Below, one piece after another: positions 35,410 to 44,675 of a DNA stretch of 64,000 bases. Within the stretch, counting starts at the first letter, position 1. Every line of letters starts with the position of its first letter. Both the position numbers and the translations under genes were made by a program. The DNA is taken from the sequence record KU686213.1. One strand, written 5' to 3'. The notes beneath the pieces are model-generated. The model did no database searches. It saw only the letters and a list, made by a program, of their open reading frames with translations, and was not told where the DNA came from.

Positions 35410-35604
35410 TCCTCTCTTCTAAATATTTGATGCAGTCGTCTAAGTTGTTAATTCTTTTGTAATCCATAAGTAGACGCTTATAGTACTGTCACACATCGCA
35501 TATGATATGCGAGTTCATATGCTATTATTTATATGTTCTTTAATTGAACCGTGGTGTGTTGAGGGGGTTGTTCCCCCATCAAATGTCGAATTCTATTACT
35601 TAAC

Positions 35605-36228
35605 TTGAAATTATTTACTCAATTTGCAGCAGTTGCAACTTCACTAACTCTGTCTAGCCTAGCTACATCAACTGTCCCTCAGCTACCCGCTATGGCAGTT
35701 GAGACCGAAGAAAAGGCTACTGTTGTTGAAGCTGAACCTGTTGTAGAAACTGAAACCCGGTGGGTTCTCCCTACAGCTAATCATGCAGAGACTAAAGTTC
35801 TCAATGCATTACAAGATCGTGGTATTGAAGACCGAAATGCTCTTGCTACTGTTATGGGAAACATCAAGCAAGAGTCAAAGTTTAACTCTAACATCTGTGA
35901 AGGTGGTGCTCGGGTGTCTTATCATGGTTGCCGTAGTGGTGGTTATGGTCTAATTCAATGGACCAGCATTGGACGCTATCGTGGTTTAGGTAGTCATGCT
36001 TATCGTATTGGGATGGATCCGTCCACGGTAGATGCTCAAATTTCGTTTCTCTTTACCGAAAGGCAATGGAGAGGAATCGAGCCATCACTCAAAACCAATG
36101 GTCAAAGCATTGGTTTCTATATGGGAAAAACATATTACTGGCTTGGCTGGGGTATACATGGTAATCGTACTACTTACGCTTATCAATATGCTTCAAGACT
36201 TACTAGCATTGAGGTTCCCGTCACATAA
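35605..36228 (+). CDS. Exported phage tail lysozyme-like (lysozyme_2) muralytic protein
   Basis: Signal-peptide-like N-terminus; ALATVMGNIKQESKF, GGYGLIQWT, W-G-R-Y C-terminus; TTG start. Confidence 0.75.
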   Translation: MKLFTQFAAVATSLTLSSLATSTVPQLPAMAVETEEKATVVEAEPVVETETRWVLPTANHAETKVLNALQDRGIEDRNALATVMGNIKQESKFNSNICEGGARVSYHGCRSGGYGLIQWTSIGRYRGLGSHAYRIGMDPSTVDAQISFLFTERQWRGIEPSLKTNGQSIGFYMGKTYYWLGWGIHGNRTTYAYQYASRLTSIEVPVT

Positions 36229-36250
36229 ATAATGCAGCTTATGCTTTTCT

Positions 36251-36637
36251 ATGGGACCTAAGTATGATGTCGAATTCTATTTTGGAGTTCGACCTGTAAG
36301 AACAATTCATTTATACATAACTGCCATCTTTTTGAGCTTGGCAGTTAGTTTAATATCTCATTACACAAAAGCAGATAAAAAAAATCTATGGCTTATTATT
36401 GATGAAATAGGAAAAAAGTATAACATTAGAGTTATTAACAAACTAATCCTTTCTGTTCCTGAACTTTTATCAGGACGTATTGACAATGAGATTGATAATG
36501 CCATTGATGAATACAATAGTGTGCTAGAATTAGAAGAACCTCATAACACACCAATCTTTACAGAAGAAAGTGAAGGTGAAACTTCTCTTGGTGGTGAAAT
36601 GAGACTTCGTTCTCCCTGGAATACAACTGACGATTAA
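36251..36637 (+). CDS. Hypothetical membrane-anchored protein
   Basis: N-terminal hydrophobic helix; C-terminal GGEMRLRSPW motif. Confidence 0.55.
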   Translation: MGPKYDVEFYFGVRPVRTIHLYITAIFLSLAVSLISHYTKADKKNLWLIIDEIGKKYNIRVINKLILSVPELLSGRIDNEIDNAIDEYNSVLELEEPHNTPIFTEESEGETSLGGEMRLRSPWNTTDD

Positions 36638-36642
36638 TTATT

Positions 36643-36804
36643 ATGTCACGCTACGATCAAATTTTAAAAAATCTAAAAGAAGCAATCTCCAATCCCCATC
36701 TATACAATGAGGAAGAGATTCGTTTTATGAAGACACAGCTTCGCGAACTAACAGAATCAAAGCAACAATTTCTAAGAGAAGATAAGAATGGATTTGGCTC
36801 TTAA
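36643..36804 (+). CDS. Small hypothetical (53 aa)
   Basis: Read by eye: MSRYDQILKNLKEAISNPHLYNEEEIRFMK...KNGFGS. Confidence 0.55.
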   Translation: MSRYDQILKNLKEAISNPHLYNEEEIRFMKTQLRELTESKQQFLREDKNGFGS

Positions 36805-37225
36805 AATTGTAGGTGAAACTTGCCTTACTGAACCATCAATAGTAATTGATGAAATTACTGACGATATTATCAATCTCTCCAACAAAATGAAAGAGAAGAT
36901 GGTTCAGTGGGATGGTATAGGATTAGCTGCACCTCAAGTTGGACACAACATCCGCCTTATTGTTATTCGTTTCAGCAGCGGTAAAATACAGGAAATGATT
37001 AATCCTAGGATTAGTTGGACTTCTGAAGTGCGAAAGAAAAGCCAAGAGGGATGCCTAAGCATTCCAGGAGAAACTATTTGGGTTGAAAGACCATCTAAGG
37101 TCCGTGTGAAATTTCAGACTGCCGAAGGTGAGTTTAGATACTGGTGTCTCCATAAGATGGATGCCCGAGTATTCTTACACGAGTATGATCACCTTGAAGG
37201 TATTTTAATGACTGACCGACTATGA
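36788..37225 (+). CDS. def: Peptide deformylase
   Basis: All three PDF motifs: GIGLAAPQVG, EGCLS, HEYDH. Confidence 0.95.
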   Translation: MDLALKIVGETCLTEPSIVIDEITDDIINLSNKMKEKMVQWDGIGLAAPQVGHNIRLIVIRFSSGKIQEMINPRISWTSEVRKKSQEGCLSIPGETIWVERPSKVRVKFQTAEGEFRYWCLHKMDARVFLHEYDHLEGILMTDRL

Positions 37226-37420
37226 GTTACTGGGAATTAGAAACAGAAGAATGGGAAACTGTCCCTGATAATTATGATGGTGCCGAGAGTATCACAGTTC
37301 GTGGTAGGCTTGAGCACCTAGAAAGATCATATTGTATTGAGTTTCGTTACGAAGAGTATGAGTAGATACAACATTATCTATACTATACTATATAATACAT
37401 ACACCATTATTATTAATTAA

Positions 37421-37744
37421 ATGGAAGAACGTGAATTTAGCGACCTGAAGATGGAACGTAAGGAGTGCGGCAAGTGCGGCGCTACTTGGATCAACGGTCA
37501 GCATATGTGGCATACCGGAAACAAAGGAAGTGAAGCAGACCTTGCCGGTCTTGTCTGTAATAAACTAGGTGACTCCCAGTGTATCAACCCACTACGTGGC
37601 GATGAGAGTGGTGATACTTGGGAAGTCCGCGAAGGAGATCTTAGAGTTGGTTTCGATGCGAAGCGCGACCGTATGGAAGACCAGAGAGCACGTTTCAAGG
37701 AAGAGTATGGTGAAGACCCACACTTTGACGATCCACTTAAGTAA
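37421..37744 (+). CDS. Conserved cyanophage hypothetical (Cys-rich)
   Basis: CGKCGATWINGQHMW...DLAGLVCN...CINP. Confidence 0.65.
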   Translation: MEEREFSDLKMERKECGKCGATWINGQHMWHTGNKGSEADLAGLVCNKLGDSQCINPLRGDESGDTWEVREGDLRVGFDAKRDRMEDQRARFKEEYGEDPHFDDPLK

Positions 37745-37855
37745 GTCTTAATTATGTGAAGCGATTAGCAAACGGTAACCGCTTCATAAACTGGCACACC
37801 ACTCTTTGCATGGGGTGGTTTTTTATTGTATGATGACTACAGTTCAAACAAACTA

Positions 37856-38077
37856 ATGACTAATTTTATCTTGGATAAAGTTGCACCACCTGTCTTTTTT
37901 TTGGTGGTTGGTTTTGCCGCTATTTCTTCTTTATTGCACTGGATTATGGATCCTATTCAAGCTACTGATGAGTTACAAACCATTCTCAAGAATGAATGTG
38001 GTATGGAATACTCTACACAAGAGGTTAGGAGAAACGGTAAAAATCTTTCACGCATTTGTGGACTGAAAAAGAACTGA
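37856..38077 (+). CDS. Hypothetical membrane protein
   Basis: Hydrophobic N-terminus; follows a terminator/promoter at 37797-37834. Confidence 0.5.
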   Translation: MTNFILDKVAPPVFFLVVGFAAISSLLHWIMDPIQATDELQTILKNECGMEYSTQEVRRNGKNLSRICGLKKN

Positions 38078-38132
38078 CCCCTTCACAAACCCCCATTAAC
38101 CTGCTATAATAACTAGGTAATCAATCAAGGAT

Positions 38133-38348
38133 ATGAGCCAACTCAGAACCAAGTTTCGTAAGTCTATCGGAATCTTCCAAGATGCCGTTAACCGAACCAT
38201 CGAGTTAGACTACTCTCAACCCAAGCTATATAAGAAGGTAAAGCGATTTTATGAAGAAGAAGGAGTTCGCTTCACAGGCGACTCCGTTGAAGACTACCAA
38301 ATCATTTTAGATTGCATTCAAGAAGACCTTACCGTAGGTGCTGTTTAA
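38133..38348 (+). CDS. Conserved cyanophage hypothetical
   Basis: TKFRKSI...LDYSQPKLYKKVKRFY...DDY-type motif; TGCTATAAT upstream. Confidence 0.6.
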   Translation: MSQLRTKFRKSIGIFQDAVNRTIELDYSQPKLYKKVKRFYEEEGVRFTGDSVEDYQIILDCIQEDLTVGAV

Positions 38349-38587
38349 TGAAAACATTACTAGAACGCGAAGGTTACAGGTTTGTCGAAGCTGGTATTAT
38401 CGAACTAAATGGTAAGCCAGATTATCGTCTCCAAAAACAAGACTTCTATACGAAGCGTTGGAATGACGAGTATCTATTCGATAATCAAATGCAATGTAGT
38501 ATTGCTATGGAAGACATTGAATATGCTAAATGGCTCTGTGGTGATCCAGCATACGTGAGAGATGTGATAGTTAGTCCATATAACTAG
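38348..38587 (+). CDS. Conserved cyanophage hypothetical
   Basis: LLEREGYRFVEAGII...PDYRLQK...RWND.YLFDNQMQC..AMED. Confidence 0.65.
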   Translation: MKTLLEREGYRFVEAGIIELNGKPDYRLQKQDFYTKRWNDEYLFDNQMQCSIAMEDIEYAKWLCGDPAYVRDVIVSPYN

Positions 38588-38620
38588 TCTCGGTAAGACT
38601 TTAAAAGAGACCTAACCGAG
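38586..38620 (+). ncRNA. Pseudoknot module 1 of the structured RNA array
   Basis: AGTCT/AGACT hairpin, TTAAAAG linker, CTCGGT/ACCGAG second helix. Confidence 0.45.
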
Positions 38621-38639
38621 TCCTCTTACTTTTACTCCA

Positions 38640-38864
38640 ATGAAAGCCACATCTTTTTTACGCTACATAGGAAATACACTACTCGTAATAGGACATTTCA
38701 CACTACTCTGGGGAAGCACAGAGCCTGCATTAATTATCAAAATCATTGGCGGTGCTCTTATTCTTCCCTTTGCCGTAGGTTTAGCCTTATGGGATGTAGT
38801 TGCCTTAGAGTTAGTCTTTGGTTCTATGGACGTTACTAAATTGTATCAAGTCCTAGTTTCTTAG
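38640..38864 (+). CDS. Small membrane protein embedded in the RNA array
   Basis: Hydrophobic 74-aa ORF; its stop codon lies inside the next pseudoknot module. Confidence 0.55.
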   Translation: MKATSFLRYIGNTLLVIGHFTLLWGSTEPALIIKIIGGALILPFAVGLALWDVVALELVFGSMDVTKLYQVLVS

Positions 38865-39046
38865 TTCTACAAAAACTAAGTGGTGGAGCCAACTTATAGT
38901 TGACCCTTATGCCCTTGTCGGATGGGCTTTATAAATGCCGACTGGCGCGTCGTAGCAAAGGTTTCTCACTCTTCCTTAAAGAGTGAGTGGTGCGGATGAT
39001 TTCATCGCATGGTTTTGCGATTCCATTTAAAGATCGTATGGCGAGC
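38854..39046 (+). ncRNA. wcaG-RNA-like structured RNA: four tandem pseudoknot-UGGYG modules
   Basis: Repeated S1-loop-S1'-AAA linker-S2'-TGGYG architecture; directly upstream of a gmd/fcl(wcaG) cluster, the context described for the cyanophage wcaG RNA motif. Confidence 0.65.
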
Positions 39047-39076
39047 ATGTTAATATACCCAATCATTTTTTGATGC

Positions 39077-39098
39077 CCCCTTCGGAAAGGGGTTTTTT
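39077..39098 (+). terminator. Rho-independent terminator closing the RNA array
   Basis: CCCCTT-CGGA-AAGGGG plus T6; TGCTATAAT follows. Confidence 0.85.
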
Positions 39099-39130
39099 TA
39101 TGCTATAATATATAATGTATTATTTGTGTA

Positions 39131-40006
39131 ATGGTAATGTATCATGAACGTATGAAGTTACGAAAAGATGCTTATTCTAAAAAGTTAGACAATGTAACAT
39201 CGAGGTGCTATTTTGCAAATGGATTTGCAACTAGGATTAAAAATATTGTAAGTTGCCACAGAATTGCAAATAACGTTCAAGTTTATTGGGATGCAAATTG
39301 TAAACCATTTTACTATAAAAAATTAAATGAATACTTCCCTGATCTAGTGGAAACCGATGAGTATGTCTCAAAGACATGGAGACAAGGATGGAGATTAGCC
39401 ACTTTTCCTGGAGAAATTGGGGAAGGTTTTTCAAATAAAGACGCAATTTTTGAAGAGTTTGATAGTCCAATTGTTATCCCATCTCATGGAAAGGGTCGTT
39501 GTATTGATTATGAATATCATAGAATTCCCCAACCAATTATCGATGACTATCTTAAAATATTCTCTGAGTTGAGAATTAAAGATTCTTTTCTTGAGACTGC
39601 GGATAAGTTTGCTAAGGAAAATTTTAATTCTGAAACTGTTTCTGTGCATATTAGAAATTGGGTTGACTTTGCACCTAGAGGAAAAATGCACACACTATCT
39701 CCCTTCATTGACTTGATGGCAGAGCATCCAACATCAAAGTTTTTTGTTTCTACGGATAGTCCCAATAATATCAAAATCCTAAAAGAAACGTTTGGTGATG
39801 ATCGCATTATTAGCTATTGTGGAACAGATCCATCATTTGATGTCTTTATTGATTTACTTCTCTTATCGAAGAATCGTAATTTAATTGGTTCTGTAATGAG
39901 CACTTTTAGTGAAGTTGCTTGGTGGTTAGGTGGAGCTACGGCAAAGGTCAAAATTGCTTATGGTCCCAAGACAATGAAGTATATGTACCCAAAACATCAC
40001 ATTTAA
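39131..40006 (+). CDS. Putative fucosyltransferase (NodZ/GT23- or O-FucT-like)
   Basis: VSVHIRNW, FFVSTDS, DLLLLSK...IGSVMSTFSEVAWWLG. Confidence 0.6.
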   Translation: MVMYHERMKLRKDAYSKKLDNVTSRCYFANGFATRIKNIVSCHRIANNVQVYWDANCKPFYYKKLNEYFPDLVETDEYVSKTWRQGWRLATFPGEIGEGFSNKDAIFEEFDSPIVIPSHGKGRCIDYEYHRIPQPIIDDYLKIFSELRIKDSFLETADKFAKENFNSETVSVHIRNWVDFAPRGKMHTLSPFIDLMAEHPTSKFFVSTDSPNNIKILKETFGDDRIISYCGTDPSFDVFIDLLLLSKNRNLIGSVMSTFSEVAWWLGGATAKVKIAYGPKTMKYMYPKHHI

Positions 40007-40046
40007 ACCATTTGTGCTATAATGTATTTGTAGCAATCCATTTGTA

Positions 40047-41048
40047 ATGAAAGTAGCACTTATTACTGGGATCACAGGGCAAGATGGATCTTACCTAGCT
40101 GAACTTCTCCTTCAGAAAGGATATACAGTTCACGGTATTATCCGTCGTGCTTCTATGATTAACACCCACAGAATTGACCATATCTTTGACCGCATCACTC
40201 TCCATTATGGAGACCTTACCGATGCTTTGAGTATCGTATCTATTATTAAAACAGTTCAACCAGATGAAATCTATAACCTAGGGGCTCAGAGTCACGTTAA
40301 GGTTTCATTTGATCAACCCGAATACACCGCACAGACCGACGCATTAGGCACTCTAAGGGTGCTGGAAGCCGTCCGTCTTCTTGGTATGGAATCATACGTA
40401 AGAATCTACCAAGCGAGCACCAGTGAGCTTTATGGGCTAGTTCAGGAGACACCCCAGAAAGAAACCACTCCAATGTATCCACGATCCCCTTATGGAGTTG
40501 CTAAACTATATGGGTTCTGGATCATCAAAAACTACAGGGAAAGCTATGACATACATGCCTCTAGCGGTATTCTATTCAATCACGAAAGCTCACGCAGAGG
40601 AGAGACGTTCGTCACACGCAAGATCGTCCGAGCCTTGTCCCGAATTAGTGTGGGACTCCAAAGTGATCTACAGCTTGGAAACCTCAATGCCCGACGTGAC
40701 TGGGGACACGCCAAAGACTACGTAGAGGCTATGTGGTTGATGCTTCAGCAAGAGAAGCCAGATGATTATGTGATCGCAACTGGTGAGCAGTATTCTGTAA
40801 AGGACTTTGTTAATGCTGCAGCACCATACTTTGGGTTCAATATTGAATGGAGAGGTGAAGGTCTTGATGAGTTTGGATTCTGTCTCAATACTGGTAGAAC
40901 AGTTGTAAAAGTCAATCCTAAATATTTCAGACCCGCAGAAGTAGAAACTCTTCTCGGTGATCCCACTAAAGCAAAGGAAGTTCTTGGATGGACTCCTACT
41001 TATACATTTAATGAACTAGTTGAAGAGATGGTACTTAATGGACAATAA
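40047..41048 (+). CDS. gmd: GDP-mannose 4,6-dehydratase
   Basis: [50 protein letters not shown]. Confidence 0.97.
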   Translation: MKVALITGITGQDGSYLAELLLQKGYTVHGIIRRASMINTHRIDHIFDRITLHYGDLTDALSIVSIIKTVQPDEIYNLGAQSHVKVSFDQPEYTAQTDALGTLRVLEAVRLLGMESYVRIYQASTSELYGLVQETPQKETTPMYPRSPYGVAKLYGFWIIKNYRESYDIHASSGILFNHESSRRGETFVTRKIVRALSRISVGLQSDLQLGNLNARRDWGHAKDYVEAMWLMLQQEKPDDYVIATGEQYSVKDFVNAAAPYFGFNIEWRGEGLDEFGFCLNTGRTVVKVNPKYFRPAEVETLLGDPTKAKEVLGWTPTYTFNELVEEMVLNGQ

Positions 41049-41961
41049 TTCCACAGTTGCAATTTTTGGGTCTGGTGGTCTAGCTGGAGGAGCAATCACC
41101 AGACAGTTTATAAACAAAAGACATAAACTACTCTTACCTCGCAGTAAAGATTTAGATTTACGAGAACAAGCTGATGTTCGTGCTTGGTTCAAAGCCAATA
41201 AAGTTGATTATGTAATCCTAGCTGCTGCCCTAGTCGGCGGCATTATGGCTAACAAGACTCGCAAAGCGGAGTTCTTACACGACAATCTAATGATGCAGTG
41301 TAATGTAATTGACTCTGCTTACTATTCAGGTGTTAAGAAGCTCCTATTCCTAGGAACATCTTGCATCTATCCAGCCGGACGCCAACACCCACTAAAAGAA
41401 AATGAACTCCTTACGGGGGCTCTTGAGCCTACTAACGACGCTTACGCCATCGCAAAGATCGCAGGAATCAAACAATGTGACTTCTACAGGGAGCAATATG
41501 GATTTGATGCTATCTCTATTATGCCTCCTAATCTATATGGTCCTGGAGACAATTTCCACGAGGGATCAGGTCACGTCCTCGCATCGTTGATGAACCGCTT
41601 CCACAACGCCAAGGTGGCTGGTGAAGCCACTGTAGCTTGCTGGGGTGACGGAACACCTATGAGAGAGTTTCTCTTCTCTGAAGACCTAGCAGAAGCCTGT
41701 GCGTTCTTTATGGATAACTACAGTGACTACGGTCACGTCAATGTTGGAACTGGTGAAGACATCACCATCAAACACCTAGCAGAGAGTATTGCAAAGGTTG
41801 TTGGTTTTGAAGGAGAGATCCTATGGGACACTTCAAAACCAAATGGAAATCCTCGCAAATTACTTGACAGCACTGTGGCTAATGAGTTAGGATGGAAGCC
41901 CAAGACCAGTTTTGAAGATGGTCTACAGAAAACTTACAACTGGTATTTAAACAATGTATGA
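41038..41961 (+). CDS. fcl: GDP-L-fucose synthase / ColC-like epimerase-reductase
   Basis: [44 protein letters not shown]. Confidence 0.9.
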   Translation: MDNNSTVAIFGSGGLAGGAITRQFINKRHKLLLPRSKDLDLREQADVRAWFKANKVDYVILAAALVGGIMANKTRKAEFLHDNLMMQCNVIDSAYYSGVKKLLFLGTSCIYPAGRQHPLKENELLTGALEPTNDAYAIAKIAGIKQCDFYREQYGFDAISIMPPNLYGPGDNFHEGSGHVLASLMNRFHNAKVAGEATVACWGDGTPMREFLFSEDLAEACAFFMDNYSDYGHVNVGTGEDITIKHLAESIAKVVGFEGEILWDTSKPNGNPRKLLDSTVANELGWKPKTSFEDGLQKTYNWYLNNV

Positions 41962-43105
41962 TTGGAAATTAATGGATGATACGGTCACACTTCGTGATCG
42001 TATGAAGATGGCTAAGTTTGTTCTAACTACTAGCCGACTAACACAAGGACCACAAGTTCGTAAATTTGAGGAGCATTGGAGTGACTGGCTTGGAGTTAAA
42101 CATTCTCTTTTTGTTAGTAGTGGTAGTACTGCCAACAGTCTTTTGGTATCTGCTTGGAAAGATCTAAATGATATTCCAGATGGTGCAAAGGTTATTGTTC
42201 CTGCCTGCACTTGGGTGACTAACATTGCACCAATCATTCAAAACAATCTAACCCCAGTATTTTGTGATATCAATCTAAAAGACTTTAGCTTTGATATTAG
42301 TTCTCTACAGACTATTGCTTGTGATCATAAAGATATTCGGGCAATCTTCGTCACACACCTACTAGGTTTCCCTGCACGGGTAGAGGAGTTTCATAAGATC
42401 TTCCCTAACGCAGACATCCTAGAAGACGTTTGTGAGAGCCACGGTGCCGTTATTGAAGGTGGGACTATGGCTGGTACATATGATGTAGGAGGGACATTCA
42501 GCTTCTACTTTGGTCATCATATGACTACTGTTGAGGGTGGTATGGTATCCACTAACAATAGTGATATGTATGACTTGATGCGTATGAAGCGCTCTCACGG
42601 TTTATCTCGTGAGTCGGTTCATTCTAAAGAGTATGCGAAGATGTATCCCGAGATCAATCCACAGTTCCTCTTTATGACTGATGGTTATAACTTCCGTAAT
42701 AATGAGATTGGTGCTGTATTGGGTCAGTCTCAACTAAAGCGTTTGGATAATATGATCGTCAAGCGTAATGATAATTATAAGACATACTTCGAGATTGTAT
42801 CTCTATACTCCCATCTATTCCATGTTCCTGCTTACATTCCAAATCGTATTAGTAGCTTCTGCTTCCCTCTAATCTCTAGGGACAAAGCAACTCATCTAAG
42901 ACTACAGGAGTTGTTGACTGAGTATCGTGTAGAGTATCGCCCAGTTGTAGGTGGAAACTTACTCAAGCAGCCTTTCTTATCTGCTTATCACGCAGACTGC
43001 CCTAACGCAGACATCCTCCACGACCGTGGATTGTATGTTGGAAACAGTCACTTTGTTGGTATAAGCCACTTACTAATGCTTGAAGAAATTTTGGAGCAAC
43101 TTTGA
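41954..43105 (+). CDS. PLP-dependent GDP-4-keto-6-deoxymannose 3-dehydratase (ColD-like, DegT/DnrJ superfamily)
   Basis: SSGSTAN, EDVCESHGA, FSFYFGHHMTTVEGG with His in place of the Schiff-base Lys. Confidence 0.75.
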   Translation: MYDWKLMDDTVTLRDRMKMAKFVLTTSRLTQGPQVRKFEEHWSDWLGVKHSLFVSSGSTANSLLVSAWKDLNDIPDGAKVIVPACTWVTNIAPIIQNNLTPVFCDINLKDFSFDISSLQTIACDHKDIRAIFVTHLLGFPARVEEFHKIFPNADILEDVCESHGAVIEGGTMAGTYDVGGTFSFYFGHHMTTVEGGMVSTNNSDMYDLMRMKRSHGLSRESVHSKEYAKMYPEINPQFLFMTDGYNFRNNEIGAVLGQSQLKRLDNMIVKRNDNYKTYFEIVSLYSHLFHVPAYIPNRISSFCFPLISRDKATHLRLQELLTEYRVEYRPVVGGNLLKQPFLSAYHADCPNADILHDRGLYVGNSHFVGISHLLMLEEILEQL

Positions 43106-43106
43106 T

Positions 43107-43901
43107 ATGACTATTTCTTTTAATTATTTGGGTAACCTGGGACACTTGGGAAACCAAATGTTTCAGTATGCCGCATTGATGGGTCTTAGCTCCAAGTATA
43201 ATAGAACCTTTTGTATTCCACATCCCGATACATTTTCAACTGCGAGTTATCAAGAAAATAGAAGCAGTATCTATAGCGCCTTTGATATCAAACCTCCACA
43301 TGTTGGGATGAGTAAATTCAACCCAGTTTCAGAGGCACACTTTCATTTTGATAACAACTTATTTGAGAACCTTCCACCCCAAGATATTGATCTTCGTGGA
43401 TACTTTCAATGTGAAAAGTGGTTTAAGCATATTGAAGATGATGTGAGAAAGGCATTCACATTCAAGCCCGAGTATATGGAAGTAGCTCAGTTGATGCGAG
43501 ATCAGTTAGATGGTGAAGTAATTTCTCTTCATATTAGAAGAACTGATTATATTACCAACCCAAATCATTATTGTATGCATATGGGTTACTATTTGAAAGC
43601 ATTAAAAGTTATGCCTTCTGAGCCAAAGGTAATCATTTTTAGTGATGATACTGAATGGGCAATGGATCAGAAAGAGTTTCCTGATGATAGGTTCCTTGTA
43701 TCCGAGACAAATTGTCCATACACAGATATGGCTCTGATGACTTTATGCGACTACCACATCAATGCAAACAGCTCCTTCTCCTGGTGGGGATCTTGGCTAT
43801 CTAACAGCAAGAAAGTAACAGCTCCAAGTGATTGGTTTTCTGGTCCACTAACTAGTAATAACTTATCTGATATTTATTGTGATGGATGGGAAGTAATCTA
43901 A
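43107..43901 (+). CDS. GT11 alpha-1,2-fucosyl/colitosyl-transferase (copy 2)
   Basis: GHLGNQMFQYA, SLHIRRTDY, ANSSFSWWGSWL; paralog of 18653. Confidence 0.88.
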   Translation: MTISFNYLGNLGHLGNQMFQYAALMGLSSKYNRTFCIPHPDTFSTASYQENRSSIYSAFDIKPPHVGMSKFNPVSEAHFHFDNNLFENLPPQDIDLRGYFQCEKWFKHIEDDVRKAFTFKPEYMEVAQLMRDQLDGEVISLHIRRTDYITNPNHYCMHMGYYLKALKVMPSEPKVIIFSDDTEWAMDQKEFPDDRFLVSETNCPYTDMALMTLCDYHINANSSFSWWGSWLSNSKKVTAPSDWFSGPLTSNNLSDIYCDGWEVI

Positions 43902-44671
43902 TGGGAAAAAATTTAGTATGTCAGATCTTTTTTGATAAAAAATTGATTACTGATTATAAAGTTCATGAAAAAGATCAGACAAGAGGTGAGGTTGTAACAT
44001 CTAAACATTTAGATAATGAGTTGTTTCAACATTCTCAAATACTTGCTAAAAGATACGCAGAGCGTGTAGGTGCGGATTACATCCTATTTGATAAACCACA
44101 TATCAATTTTTATAATCCATCTCAAGAAAGATTTAGATTGATGGAAGAAGACCATTGGGCAGAGACATATGATAATATATTATATGTTGACTGTGATGCG
44201 TTTATCTACAACGAATGCCCCAATATCTTTGAGGAGTATCCACAAGAAAATTTAAGGATTGCTAGGGATATGAACCCAGCTATTCCTAATCAGGAGAATG
44301 TAATTGTTAGTGAGGTTGGTCTTGATAAAGTGCGCCAATCATATTTCAATGCTGGAATTCTATTGATGCACTCATCCACACTTAGGGAATTAAAAAAGGT
44401 CATCAAATATAAGGAAAGATTTTCTCTCTTACCTTATGGTGATCAGTCCGAGTTAAATTACTGCACATTGAAGTATGACATCCCCCATACAGTAATGGAC
44501 CAAAGATTCAACTCATATGACAGAGATGCATTTATCGGTCATCTATACGGTACGCAAAAGTTTGATGGACTATTCCATAGTGCATATCACCTGAAGAAAG
44601 CTAAAGAGCAAGCACTAGGTATCAAACCGAAGAAAAAGAAGCTACCATTCACAGTAAAAACTAATTATTAA
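43901..44671 (+). CDS. GT8-like glycosyltransferase
   Basis: ILYVDCD (DxD), YFNAGILL, GDQSELN. Confidence 0.75.
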   Translation: MGKNLVCQIFFDKKLITDYKVHEKDQTRGEVVTSKHLDNELFQHSQILAKRYAERVGADYILFDKPHINFYNPSQERFRLMEEDHWAETYDNILYVDCDAFIYNECPNIFEEYPQENLRIARDMNPAIPNQENVIVSEVGLDKVRQSYFNAGILLMHSSTLRELKKVIKYKERFSLLPYGDQSELNYCTLKYDIPHTVMDQRFNSYDRDAFIGHLYGTQKFDGLFHSAYHLKKAKEQALGIKPKKKKLPFTVKTNY

Positions 44672-44675
44672 ACTA

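Noticed and set aside
41954-43105. Perosamine synthase or generic sugar aminotransferase call
   Set aside because: The Schiff-base Lys position is His, which fits a 3-dehydratase.
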